Assembly: GCA_018823175.1 (NCBI GenBank)
Contig: JAHJIY010000040.1
Location: forward strand, 16,888 to 80,887
Reading direction: 5' to 3'
DNA length: 64,000 nucleotides
Origin: Pseudomonadota bacterium
Lineage (GTDB): Bacteria; Desulfobacterota; Desulfobulbia; Desulfobulbales; JAHJIY01
Shown: piece by piece, positions 33,701 through 41,792 of the stretch
How positions within the stretch are numbered: position 1 is the stretch's first letter
Layout: the number at the start of each line of letters is the position of its first letter
Position numbers and translations under genes: made by a program
The notes under the pieces: generated by a model
Told to the model about the DNA's origin: nothing
Databases searched by the model: none
Seen by the model: only the letters and a program-made list of their open reading frames with translations

Positions 33701-35477
33701 TGCCCAGGGTGGCGGTGTAGCCGTCGGTGGCGGAACTGGAGAGGGTCAGGGTATCGGCGACGCTGCCAAACACCTTGCCCGCGTCGTAGCTGCCGGCGAT
33801 GGTGTAGGCGCCGATGTCGGTCAGGGCCGTGCCGCTGCCGTCATAGACAGGCTGCACCTCAAGCGGGGTGAGGAACGAACGCAGCAGCGGAGAGGTGGAG
33901 CCGTCGTAGATGCGCCACACGGCGCCGCTGCCGCCGCTGTCGTCGATGCTCCAGCCGGCGCCGCTGAAGGTGGCGAGGCTCTGCATCTCGGCGGTGGTCT
34001 TGCCGGTGCCACCGGCGCTGGTCGCCTGGCCGCTGGTCTCGGTGTCCCAAAAGCTGTTGCTGGTGGTGCCGGTGCTGGATCCCGCCAGCCCGCCAGCCGC
34101 ACCGCTGCCGCTGACGCTGCCCGTGGCGTAGCTGTTGCTGATGTTGCCGCCGAAGTTCTCCCCCACCAGCCCGCCGACACTGCTCCCGCCGCTGACGCTG
34201 CCCGTGGCGTAGCTGTTGCTAATAGTGACCTGGCTGCCAAGCCCCACCAGGCCGCCGACATAATCACCGCTACCTGTGACGCTGCCGGTGGCGAAACTGT
34301 TGCTGATCGTGCCGATGCCGACTGAAAGATTGAATAAACCCGCCAGCCCACCGACATAATCACCGCTACCTGTGACGCTGCCGGTGGCGTAACTGTTGCT
34401 GATCGTGCCGGTGCCGTCCCCCACCAGGCCGCCGACATAATTACCGCTACCTGTGACGTTGCCGGTGGCGTAGCTGTTGCTGATCGTGCTGCGACTCATG
34501 GCATTTACCAGGCCGCCGGCCCCGTAGGGGGAGGTCACGTCGCCCGTGGCGTAGGCGTTGCTGATCGTGACGCCCCCCCTTGCCCACCCCAGCAGGCTGC
34601 CGGCAGAGAGGCCGGTCACGCTGCCGCCCACCAGCCCGACATTGCGCAGCGTAGAGTTCTCCACGCGGCTGAACATGCCGATCTGGCTGATGCTCGGGCG
34701 GTTGATGTAGAGATTGTCGATGGTGTGGCCGAGGCCGTCGAAGCCGCCCGTGAATATGGCGGGGTTATAGCCCACCGGGGTGAAGCCCGCGCCGCTGTTC
34801 CAGCCGGAGGTGGCGCTGGCATCAATGTCCGCCCCGAGCGCATAGTGGCGGGCAAGGTTGCCGCTCATGCCCTGCAGATCCGTTCCGGTCATGCTGCCCT
34901 CCGAGCCAAGGCTGGTGAGCACCGTGTAGGCCGTGCCGCCGATGGTCAAAAAGCCCGAGCCCGAGCGCGGTGTGGCGCCGTCCGCCTCGAAGAAGTCCAC
35001 CCGGCCGGTGAAGCCGCTGCCGTTCAGCGCGACATTGACCTTGCCGCTGCCTGGCTCAAGATCCAGCGCGGCGGTGTCGTTCGCCGTCATCACGGCGTTG
35101 ATGTTGATGTCGTTGGTGGCGGTCAGGGTCAGGGTGTTGGCGCTCCACGAGACAGACTCGTTGATCATTATATCACCCGCCTCAGCGCCACCGTCACTGC
35201 TGCTGCCGGTAGTGATCTCCACCAGACCGGTGGAGAGACGTGACTCTACTTCGATGGCCGCCACGGTCGAACCACTGCCACTCGGCGTCCAGACATCCGG
35301 GTTGCCGCCGGACCAGGAGCCGGTCGTGCTCGCAGCGCCGATCGTGACGTCATAATAGGCCTGGGCAGGGGTCGCCAGCCCCCCACACGCCATGATCATA
35401 CCAATAATAACCGCCCATAGGGACAGATGGTTGGCTGATTTTATCCCTGCTTTTTTATTCTTTGCCGATTGTCTCAT
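30753..35477 (-). CDS. Giant secreted surface protein 2 (1574 aa): two GLUG-repeat modules with MBG-like (YDG) domains, two Ig-like domains, degenerate acidic linker, shared CTD
   Basis: Signal peptide ...LWAVIIGMIMACGGLATPAQA. Many SNSYATGSVTGSG.YVGGLVG (GLUG) units. FWDT.TSGQATSAGGTG.TTAEMQSLATFSGAGWSIDDSGGSGA.WRIYDGST occurs twice. GDQTITF..LADKTFGD.DFTV Ig-like unit x2. The CTD ends [14 protein letters not shown]. Confidence 0.9.
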   Translation of the reverse strand: MRQSAKNKKAGIKSANHLSLWAVIIGMIMACGGLATPAQAYYDVTIGAASTTGSWSGGNPDVWTPSGSGSTVAAIEVESRLSTGLVEITTGSSSDGGAEAGDIMINESVSWSANTLTLTATNDININAVMTANDTAALDLEPGSGKVNVALNGSGFTGRVDFFEADGATPRSGSGFLTIGGTAYTVLTSLGSEGSMTGTDLQGMSGNLARHYALGADIDASATSGWNSGAGFTPVGYNPAIFTGGFDGLGHTIDNLYINRPSISQIGMFSRVENSTLRNVGLVGGSVTGLSAGSLLGWARGGVTISNAYATGDVTSPYGAGGLVNAMSRSTISNSYATGNVTGSGNYVGGLVGDGTGTISNSYATGSVTGSGDYVGGLAGLFNLSVGIGTISNSFATGSVTGSGDYVGGLVGLGSQVTISNSYATGSVSGGSSVGGLVGENFGGNISNSYATGSVSGSGAAGGLAGSSTGTTSNSFWDTETSGQATSAGGTGKTTAEMQSLATFSGAGWSIDDSGGSGAVWRIYDGSTSPLLRSFLTPLEVQPVYDGSGTALTDIGAYTIAGSYDAGKVFGSVADTLTLSSSATDGYTATLGKGLYSTQQGYDLITARSISTPGSAAGDIALTNAITWTSGTLNINTSGAITDTAPVSGTGSAVFDLQGGTWNQIAAGLPAFDVYDFGISGGTFIRALSGNGSGATPYQLTDVYGLQGMGSSGMPGNAYQLANDIDATATATWNAGAGFAPVGNLSTPFTGSFDGVNHTITDLTINRVGSDNVGLFGVNEGSLGDIRLVGVSVSGTNYVGGLAGWNYAGSISNSYVATAITGQTMVGGLVGRATNGTISTSYATGSVTASGSEVGGLVGGNYGGTINTSYATDNVSGTNYVGGLAGSSTGTITDAYATGSVNGSNYVGGLVGGNYGAGTISNAYATGIVSGIVSGIGGLVGISTGIVNTSFWDTQTSGQATSAAGTGLTTAEMQSLATFSGAGWSIDDSGGSGATWRIYDGSTYPLLRGFLTPLTVTADNVVKGYDGVPYTNALTNPSYSVAGADSSGHLFNLAAPYNGALAIGSYLPDLWSDQMGYDISHIDALLTINKGDQTITFNPLADKTFGDADFTVGASASSGLTVSFVSTTTGVCTMSGSTVHLVAPGACSITASQAGDADYNIAPDVTRSFSVNKKNQTITFTALADKTYGDPDFTVSATATSGLAVSFASTTTTVCTVSGSTVSIVGAGICSITAAQAGDADYAASNIAQSFTVLANSDGDTPTPTDPPDGDSNGDDWLMISRTDDGNANNNLIEGIPKSDITYRFTANFFAPAAGSVWLILDGYPVVMDCGPEPVDFSLPVTCTVERQLGPSANHNYHAEIRTGIDYDPVEEPLLVSDQYPGPQVELLNGANMVGLARAFGETGLADLLGSDSIYTWISTGLSGISNNGYYEPCAGSCENTPGRGYFMRRQDQASLPDFSSYPDLSEPEFVMTLTPGWNLIANPYGGQVLLSQVSVQVNDEAPIPWLAACGDNLLFNAIYFYQGEDWGSIYGFESADGDHGAKLVPWLAYWVYVVQDNAEYKLIIPNPFMETIR
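30756..31649 (-). other. Shared CTD, copy in giant 2
   Basis: The last 298 aa are homologous to the other three CTDs. The preceding TSP3-like repeats are reduced to DGDTPTPTDPPDGDSNGDD. Confidence 0.85.
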
Positions 35478-35701
35478 TGCTTCACCCCTGTTCTTTTTTT
35501 GCTCGACCTCCGGCCCCCGGGACCGGGGACACTGCCGCCATTACCGCGCCTGCCGCCGACTGCATCTACCAGCCGGTGCAACTCGGCCAGCGTCGTGAAC
35601 CGCTGCTCGCCGTCCGCGCACGGATCGGCAAAGGTGCCGACCAGTCGGTCGGGAAACATTTCGTCGCCGTTCCGGTAAATGATAATAAGGTAACTTTCCA
35701 T
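35474..35701 (-). CDS. Hypothetical 75-aa protein, apparently translationally coupled to giant gene 2
   Basis: ATG start. Its TGA overlaps the ATG of the 1574-aa gene (ATGA at 35474-35477). GC-rich and coding-like. N-terminal MESYLIIIYRNGDEMF..., Gly/Arg/Lys-rich tail. No homologue recognised and none found upstream of the other giants. Confidence 0.35.
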   Translation of the reverse strand: MESYLIIIYRNGDEMFPDRLVGTFADPCADGEQRFTTLAELHRLVDAVGGRRGNGGSVPGPGGRRSSKKRTGVKQ

Positions 35702-35939
35702 ACCTTGATCTTACAAAGCAGCAGGTAACAAAAAGGTAAACTCCGCTGACTTTTTGAGAAAAAAATCATTTATCTCATGATTCCGGTAGGATACGATGAA
35801 GAGTCCCCGGACGACAGAACCAGAAAAAAGAGTTATCACAGGAAAAAGGACCGAATTGCACTACGGAGTGAGGAAGTAAAAAAAAAGCGGTTGATGTCCG
35901 GGCTCAACCGTCTTGTCCGGCCATCAGGTTGTGAAAGAG

Positions 35940-36161
35940 TTACAGGCTCTCGGCGGAAGGTTCGAGATCAAGGCGGGACTTGAACGCCGTCTGGTAGCGC
36001 TGGAAGGTTTTCGCCACCAGTTCGCGACGACCCAGGAGACCATGAAGCCTCATCAGCCGGCAGTAGAGGGCTTCGTCCAGTTCATCAAAATCAAGGGCCC
36101 GTTGGTAGAGATCGACGGCCTCAGGCAGACGAAAGAGTTTATTTACGGGCCGTAACCCCCA
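35940..36161 (-). pseudogene. Remnant of the C-terminus of a BTAD (bacterial transcriptional activator domain, SARP/AfsR-type) regulator
   Basis: A 73-codon stop-to-stop frame with no usable start translates to ...KLFRLPEAVDLYQRALDFDELDEALYCRLMRLHGLLGRRELVAKTFQRYQTAFKSRLDLEPSAESL*. This matches the characteristic end of BTAD domains (A..LY..AL..DP..E.....LM......G.R..AL..Y......L..ELG.EPS.E). Its upstream part is overlapped by the methyltransferase gene end. Confidence 0.45.
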
Positions 36162-36984
36162 TCAGTTCGCCAACTTTATCCACCTTGCTAAAACCCGCCG
36201 CTTTGAGCCTTTGCGCCGCATGATCGACAAAGCTGCGACCATGTCTCACCACATGCGGGTTGCCGGTATAGTGAAACAAAGAGCCACGCCGTTTCAACAC
36301 ACGGAATAGTTCCCGGTAAAAGCTCTCGCCGTATAGTTCACCGGCCAGGGAAAGTCGGGGCGGGTCGTGGATGATCGCGTCAAATGATTCGGCGGCAAGC
36401 TCCCGAATATAGCCGTTGATATCACCATGCACCAGCTGGATGTCGGGGCCGAAGATCCTCTGAGACCAGGGGTTTTTTTGGCGCAAAGCAATGACCGTGG
36501 CGCTCCGCTCGACCGAAATTACCTCTCGTGCCCCGAGCTGCAGCGCGGCGGTAGCCGCATAGCCCAGGCCGCTGCAGGTATCCAGAACCCGGTTTCCTTT
36601 TTTGACGACTTGCGCCGCCATCTGCCCGGCGCTGACAAAGGGGTTGGTTCCTTTAGAGATGTGCATTTTCACGCCGCTTATCTCCAACAACGGCGCCTGA
36701 TCGGTGGGCACGAGTTTGGCATATCCCGCGTCCCGATTCTCAAGCACCTCGAGACGGCCCTCTGCCAGGAAGAAGATCCGGTTCTCCTTGTCCGCCATCT
36801 GCTGAAGCGCCGCCCGATCCAGCCGATTATCAGAATCAAGAACCAAATGGTCATCGCCGAGACTAAAGGTGGCACGAGAAAGGTTCAAATCGCTGGAAAT
36901 ATTAATCTCCACCTCGCCACGATCAAGCGCGGCAAGAACCTGATTGGCAACCACCGCAGTAAGACAATAACTATCTTTTTTCAT
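36139..36984 (-). CDS. Class I SAM-dependent methyltransferase
   Basis: 281 aa. VLDTCSGLGYAATAALQLGAREVISVE is motif I (the GxGxG equivalent) plus the acidic residue at the end of beta-2. DAIIHDPP matches the (D/N)PP-type motif of N- or nucleic-acid methyltransferases. Substrate unknown. Confidence 0.8.
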   Translation of the reverse strand: MKKDSYCLTAVVANQVLAALDRGEVEINISSDLNLSRATFSLGDDHLVLDSDNRLDRAALQQMADKENRIFFLAEGRLEVLENRDAGYAKLVPTDQAPLLEISGVKMHISKGTNPFVSAGQMAAQVVKKGNRVLDTCSGLGYAATAALQLGAREVISVERSATVIALRQKNPWSQRIFGPDIQLVHGDINGYIRELAAESFDAIIHDPPRLSLAGELYGESFYRELFRVLKRRGSLFHYTGNPHVVRHGRSFVDHAAQRLKAAGFSKVDKVGELMGVTARK

Positions 36985-37220
36985 CGGAACCTACGCCCGA
37001 AAAACAGCTCTGTGTTTTCGGTTGGGAATAATATTTCAACGGCATAGACAAAATTTACGGCTTGTGAGACAACTAGACAGTAGCTGAGTTACTGATCTTT
37101 ATACCCGTTCCCCTCTTGCTTGAACAAGAATAAAGGCGGCTTCTGGAGCGATAACTCAAGGACATTGATTCTTTCAGGTTTGAAAACGAAAATATATCCC
37201 TTAACTCAAAGCGGTTTCCG

Positions 37221-37733
37221 ATGAAAACAATTCACATCATTTTATCCATCTGCACCGTCGTTGGCATGGTTCTGCCGGTTAATTTCAGAACAATCGCCGG
37301 GGCAGCCGAAGACCGTGAACCAGTAGCCGACGCCCTGGCCAAATGTCCCAAGAAGCCTAATTGCGTCTGCAGTGAGGATAAGGATGATGCCAAGCATTAC
37401 ATTGAACCGCTCATTATCCCCAAAGAGATCACCGTTGATCTCCTGCCACTTCTTAAAGAAATAATTCAGGAGATGGAAGGCAAAATGCAGGCTGAAACCG
37501 ACCGTTACCTGGCGGCCACCTTTAAGTCCAGCATTTTTAAATTTGTGGATGATCTGGAAATCAGGATCGACTCGCCTCGGCGAGTGATCCATATTCGTTC
37601 AGCGGCAAGAGTCGGCTACAGTGATTTCGGAGTGAACCGCAAAAGAACAAAATTACTCAAGAAATTTTTTAACAATAAGATTGCAGCCGATATCCAGACG
37701 GGTAATACGCCACCGACCAACAGCGCGCAATAA
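37221..37733 (+). CDS. DUF1499-family protein
   Basis: 170 aa. Signal-like N-terminus; CPKKPNCVCSE and DDLEIRID...IHIRSAARVGYSDFGVNRKRTKLLKKFF match the conserved DUF1499 blocks (PNCVSS; S..G.SD.GVNR.R). Confidence 0.8.
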   Translation: MKTIHIILSICTVVGMVLPVNFRTIAGAAEDREPVADALAKCPKKPNCVCSEDKDDAKHYIEPLIIPKEITVDLLPLLKEIIQEMEGKMQAETDRYLAATFKSSIFKFVDDLEIRIDSPRRVIHIRSAARVGYSDFGVNRKRTKLLKKFFNNKIAADIQTGNTPPTNSAQ

Positions 37734-37823
37734 TGATCTCTAGTATAAACAATCAGGGCATTCCCTACGGTTTGGAGTCGAAGTTTATGCCCTGAAAGGA
37801 TGCTTATCTTGTATAGAAAATTC

Positions 37824-38303
37824 TCATAAGGGCGGCGGCGGGGAGACCAGGGCAATCTGGAACTGCCAGCTGAATTCCTTGTTCTGGGTATTACCATCGG
37901 CATCGATAATCTCGCCGGAAATGGTCGCCGTATAGTAATAACTGGCAAACAATGGGGCATCGGGAACGAACTTGCCCTTTCTTTCTTCCTCAATATAACT
38001 AATGGTTCCGTTAACCGGCTGCCCCCCGGCTGGTTCATCATCAATCAGGGTGGCGGTAAGACTCGTAAGAGTGGCGCCGTCCACCGCCTCGTTGAAGATT
38101 ACATAAATCCCAGTGGTCTGAATATCATCGGCATAAACCGGCTGCACATCTGAGTCCGGATAGTAGGAAACGACCTCCAGAGATGGGACCGGATCAGTGG
38201 TGGTGTCATTATCATCAGTAATGACATCGTCATACTTGCTGCCACCATTGCAGCCAAAGAACAATAAGGCCAGAATTACGACCACGATCACCTTAACTTT
38301 CAT
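37824..38303 (-). CDS. Lipoprotein with SbsA/Big_5-like Ig domain (cassette 3, family L)
   Basis: ATG 38303 gives MKVKVIVVVILALLFFGC (the track ORF extends to 38345). Closest to copy 2; even the 3' flank GAAAATTCTCATAAGGGCGGCGGCGG is shared with 29691-29716. Confidence 0.8.
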   Translation of the reverse strand: MKVKVIVVVILALLFFGCNGGSKYDDVITDDNDTTTDPVPSLEVVSYYPDSDVQPVYADDIQTTGIYVIFNEAVDGATLTSLTATLIDDEPAGGQPVNGTISYIEEERKGKFVPDAPLFASYYYTATISGEIIDADGNTQNKEFSWQFQIALVSPPPPL

Positions 38304-38412
38304 CTCAAATCTCCTGTCATTAGGTGGTTTGCAAGCAACAAACAATCATTCATCACGGAGGTTACGTTTTTCAAAAAAACGTCCGTCGATTCCCTAAATG
38401 TTCAAACTTTTT

Positions 38413-38886
38413 TTAGTTATCTCTTTTTACCCGGACCAGAAATTCCGAGTGTAAAGCCGATGGCACCATATAAATTGAAACGTCCGCCATCGCCGTCTTT
38501 TCTTTCCGCTCCTGATCAATCAACTCAAACCAGCAACCGGCCGGTAGTCCGGCCTGGTCCCAGCTGATGGTGACCGCCGTTTCGGAGGCGGTATCCACCA
38601 ACCAGTATCCACTCCTCAAGATTATGACCGGTTCCGCGGATATCCCGCCACAAAAAACCACCTCCGTCGACAAAGCGGGCCTGCAGATCGCCGGAGAGCA
38701 TGGCCGGCACATCATAGCGGCCATCATTGTCACCGGTGGCGTCGAACCTGGCCCCGAATGAGACCCGACTCTTTGCCGAACCGGCGCTGATCACCAGATT
38801 TACCTCCCACTCCGCCCCGGCCTGGGTCAGGGAAAGAAGGAATAGTAATATTGCCAAGACCGAAATATCGTCTGCCGGATTTTCAT
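38413..38886 (-). pseudogene. Family S (157-aa secreted protein) gene, cassette 3, disrupted by two compensating single-base frameshifts
   Basis: Same 474-nt length and the same ATG context as copy 2. Relative to copy 2 there is a 1-nt deletion in an A/T run (38863-38865) and a 1-nt insertion at 38600/38601. The ATG frame stops after MKIRQTIFRSWQYYYSFFP. The track splits the gene into 38525-38857 and 38413-38733. Confidence 0.75.
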
Positions 38887-38887
38887 C

Positions 38888-41779
38888 TTATTGTCTCCAT
38901 AAAGGGTTTGGAATAACCAATTTATAATCACCATCATCCCGGACCACATATACCCAGTAGCCCAGCCAGGGGACAAGCCTGGCCTCCGGGTCGCCGCCGG
39001 CGCTGGCAAAACCGTAAACCGAGCCCCAGTCTTCACCCTGGTATGAATAGATGGCGTTGACCAGAAGGTTGGCGGCGCAGGCCTCGGTCCAGGGCAGCGA
39101 ATCTTCATCATTACGCTGGAGCTTCACATCAGCCAATAAGACCTGTCCGCCATAAGGGTTGGTGATCATGTTCCAGCCGGGCAAGAGATCTACCGTGAAT
39201 TCCATTTCGCTGTGTTCGGGATAAGCGCTCAAGTCCGGCAGACTTGCCAGATTTTGCCGCTCGATAAAGTACCCCTGCCCTGGAGTGTTGAACCGATTGT
39301 TATCGTAATATTCGAAGGCCCCAATATTGCCGGCCGAGGAAAGACCTCCCGAAATCCAGCGGTAGATCCGGTCGCTGCCCAAAAGATCAGCCAGGTCGAT
39401 GCCGGCAAGCGCTTTGGCCAGCCCCACCATATTGGCGCCGGTTAAAAGTTCGATCACCGGGCCGGGTACGCCGTTGCTCCTGACCAGCGGATCAACTGAC
39501 GGCTCATAATCAGCACTGTCCCGTATTTCAACCTGGTAGCGGTGACTAGCGGCCGGTCCGAGCAGAGTATCAAAGCTGCAATCAACTACTCCACTAAAAT
39601 CAACCGGTTCGGAACCGCAGTCCATCTGTTGCGGATAACCGTTAAGGATCAGCCAGACCTTGCCAGCCGCCGGGTAATTAATCGTCGCCCGGAACCGGTA
39701 ATAAATATCAACTTTTGGTTTACCATCGACCAGATTAGCCGCGATATCGCCACCATCGACCCGGATAAAATCAACCGAATTTATACCCAGCTCAAAGAGG
39801 GCCGGATCATCGGGGAAGGCATCCACGTCGCCGCAGACCCCATCTCCATCAAGATCGTTGTCGGGATCATCGGGGCAGAGATCATCCTGGTCGGTTATGC
39901 CGTCACCGTCACTGTCCGGCAGAACGACTATACCGGTTGAAAACACCGTCGCCGTACTGTTGGACTGGCCCTGACCGTCGTCGGCGGTGACCGCGCAGGT
40001 AATGGTCTTGCCAACATCTGAGATGCCGGGTGAATAAACAGCGCCGGTGGCCCCTCCGATATCTCCCCCGTTGGCCTGCCACTGGTAGGAGAGGATGACC
40101 GGATTGCCATCTGGATCAATGGTATCGTTACCGGCAAGAGAAAGGGGGCTCCCCGGGACCGGTCGGCCGATAATAATCGGGGTTCCGATAAACTCAGGCG
40201 GATCGTTAAGGCCGGTGATCGTAATCGTGAAGGTCTGATTGGCCGAGGTATCCACCCCGCCATTAGCCGTCCCGCCGTCGTCATGGATCACCACCGTCAC
40301 CGTGGCGCTGCCGAAAGCATTGGCCGCCGGCGTGTAGGTCAACCCACCGGAGGGAGCAAGCGCCGGCTGGACGCTGAACAGGAGGTTATTATTATTGCTG
40401 AGGATAAAACTCAAACCCTGCCCTGCCTCATTGACCGGACCAGGGCTCAGGCCGGTGGCCCAGGCCGGGACCGACTGGCTGCCGCTATCTTCGTTAACCG
40501 TCTGGTCAGCGCCTTTGGTAAAAGAGGGCGCATCGTTGACGCCGGTGGTGGTCACCAGAGTGGAACCGTCGGCGGAACCAAGAGCGGTACCATCGTCGGG
40601 GGTGAGAGTGAAGCTGGTCAACACCGTAACGCCGGGCGCCACCTGATTAACCGTGGGGGAAAAGAGCAGCCCCCGTAAGTTTGACTGGACGGTGGCGGGC
40701 GCTGCGGCGATCAGGGTGTAGTTGCCAGCCGCCCCTCCCAGGCCGGTGCCGCTCAAAACGCCATTGGCTGCAGGATAGGTGATGGTGATACTGACATTAT
40801 CACCGTCAACATCGCCGACCGTCAGGCCACTGAAGGAGAAAATAGTCGCATTATCGGCCACCGTTCCGGCCGTGGTGAAGCTGCCGCCCAGCGTCGGCGC
40901 TGTATTACCGAGCTGAAGGCGGGTACTGGTTGCGGTCTGATCGTTGGAGCCGTAGCCGTCATCGGCCGTGACCACCAGCCGCAGGTATTTATGGGCCACC
41001 CCGGTCGTCGGGGTGTAGGTATTGGCGTTCGCCCCGATGATCGCCGCCTCATTGGCGCCGCCGGCGTCGTCGGCCTGATACCATTGATAGCTGTAGGTCG
41101 GAACATCGCCGTCCGCATCGTCCCAGGTGCCATTGCTGCCGGTCAGGACGTTGCCCACCAAGAGTGTACCACTGATGGCCGGAGGCACGGTATTAAACGA
41201 CGGATCATTGATCGAGGTGGCGGTCACCAGGGTGGAGCTATCGGCGCTGCCACTCTCCGTACCAAGGAAAGGGGTAAGGGTAAAGCTGGTCGCCACCGTC
41301 AAGCCAGGGGATACCTGATTGACGGTCGGGGTGAAAACCAGCGCCTGGAGATTACCGGTGACCGTGGCCGGAACAGCGGCGGCCAGGAGATAATTGCCGG
41401 CCACGCCGCTCAAACCGGCGCCGCTCAAGGTGCCATTGGCGCCGGGATAACTGATCGTAACACTGACCGGATCGCCACCGACCACGTCGACCGTCACTCC
41501 AGCAAAGGGGATAATGGTGGCATTATCGTCCACCGCCCCGTTGGTCAGAAAGCTGCCGCCCAGGGTCGGCGCCACGATCTCAAAGGTGAACACCGTGGCG
41601 CTGCCGGTGCCGGCGTAAACCATCTTGCCGTCCGCGCTGACCGTCAGGGCGGTGATCAGCCGGTTGCCCAGGCCGGTGGCAAAGGGGCCGCTGCCGGTCC
41701 ACTGGTTCCCGCCGGCACCTGCGGTCAACGGGAGGAACAGACCAAGGGCGGCGAACAGCAGGCAAAATAATCTATTCAT
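38888..41779 (-). CDS. Giant secreted surface protein 3 (963 aa): duplicated cadherin/Ig-like modules, TSP3-like repeats, shared CTD
   Basis: ATG 41779 with GAGAGGAG RBS gives MNRLFCLLFAALGLFLPLTAGA (the track ORF extends to 41809). APTLGGSF.T.G.V.DNATI..F.G.TV...G.D.VS.TI.YP.ANG.LSG.GL occurs twice. YSYQWYQADD and LSYQWQANG Ig-like units. DSDGDGITDQDDLCPDDPDNDLDGDGVCGD. The CTD ends YKLVIPNPLWRQ. Confidence 0.9.
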   Translation of the reverse strand: MNRLFCLLFAALGLFLPLTAGAGGNQWTGSGPFATGLGNRLITALTVSADGKMVYAGTGSATVFTFEIVAPTLGGSFLTNGAVDDNATIIPFAGVTVDVVGGDPVSVTISYPGANGTLSGAGLSGVAGNYLLAAAVPATVTGNLQALVFTPTVNQVSPGLTVATSFTLTPFLGTESGSADSSTLVTATSINDPSFNTVPPAISGTLLVGNVLTGSNGTWDDADGDVPTYSYQWYQADDAGGANEAAIIGANANTYTPTTGVAHKYLRLVVTADDGYGSNDQTATSTRLQLGNTAPTLGGSFTTAGTVADNATIFSFSGLTVGDVDGDNVSITITYPAANGVLSGTGLGGAAGNYTLIAAAPATVQSNLRGLLFSPTVNQVAPGVTVLTSFTLTPDDGTALGSADGSTLVTTTGVNDAPSFTKGADQTVNEDSGSQSVPAWATGLSPGPVNEAGQGLSFILSNNNNLLFSVQPALAPSGGLTYTPAANAFGSATVTVVIHDDGGTANGGVDTSANQTFTITITGLNDPPEFIGTPIIIGRPVPGSPLSLAGNDTIDPDGNPVILSYQWQANGGDIGGATGAVYSPGISDVGKTITCAVTADDGQGQSNSTATVFSTGIVVLPDSDGDGITDQDDLCPDDPDNDLDGDGVCGDVDAFPDDPALFELGINSVDFIRVDGGDIAANLVDGKPKVDIYYRFRATINYPAAGKVWLILNGYPQQMDCGSEPVDFSGVVDCSFDTLLGPAASHRYQVEIRDSADYEPSVDPLVRSNGVPGPVIELLTGANMVGLAKALAGIDLADLLGSDRIYRWISGGLSSAGNIGAFEYYDNNRFNTPGQGYFIERQNLASLPDLSAYPEHSEMEFTVDLLPGWNMITNPYGGQVLLADVKLQRNDEDSLPWTEACAANLLVNAIYSYQGEDWGSVYGFASAGGDPEARLVPWLGYWVYVVRDDGDYKLVIPNPLWRQ
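38891..39802 (-). other. Shared CTD, copy in giant 3
   Basis: The last 304 aa are homologous to the other CTDs. It contains the 240-nt tract (38939-39178) that is 97.5 percent identical to 49232-49471. Confidence 0.85.
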
Positions 41780-41792
41780 GGGGACTCCTCTC

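Noticed and set aside
37754-37794. Inverted repeat CAGGGCAT...ATGCCCTG (8 bp, 25-nt loop) downstream of the DUF1499 gene, partly resembling the REP-like element.
   Set aside because: The loop is too large and there is no U-tract, so it is not a confident terminator. Similarity to the REP-like element is limited to ~14 nt (GGGCATAA.(T/C)TTCG), which is insufficient to call a fourth copy.
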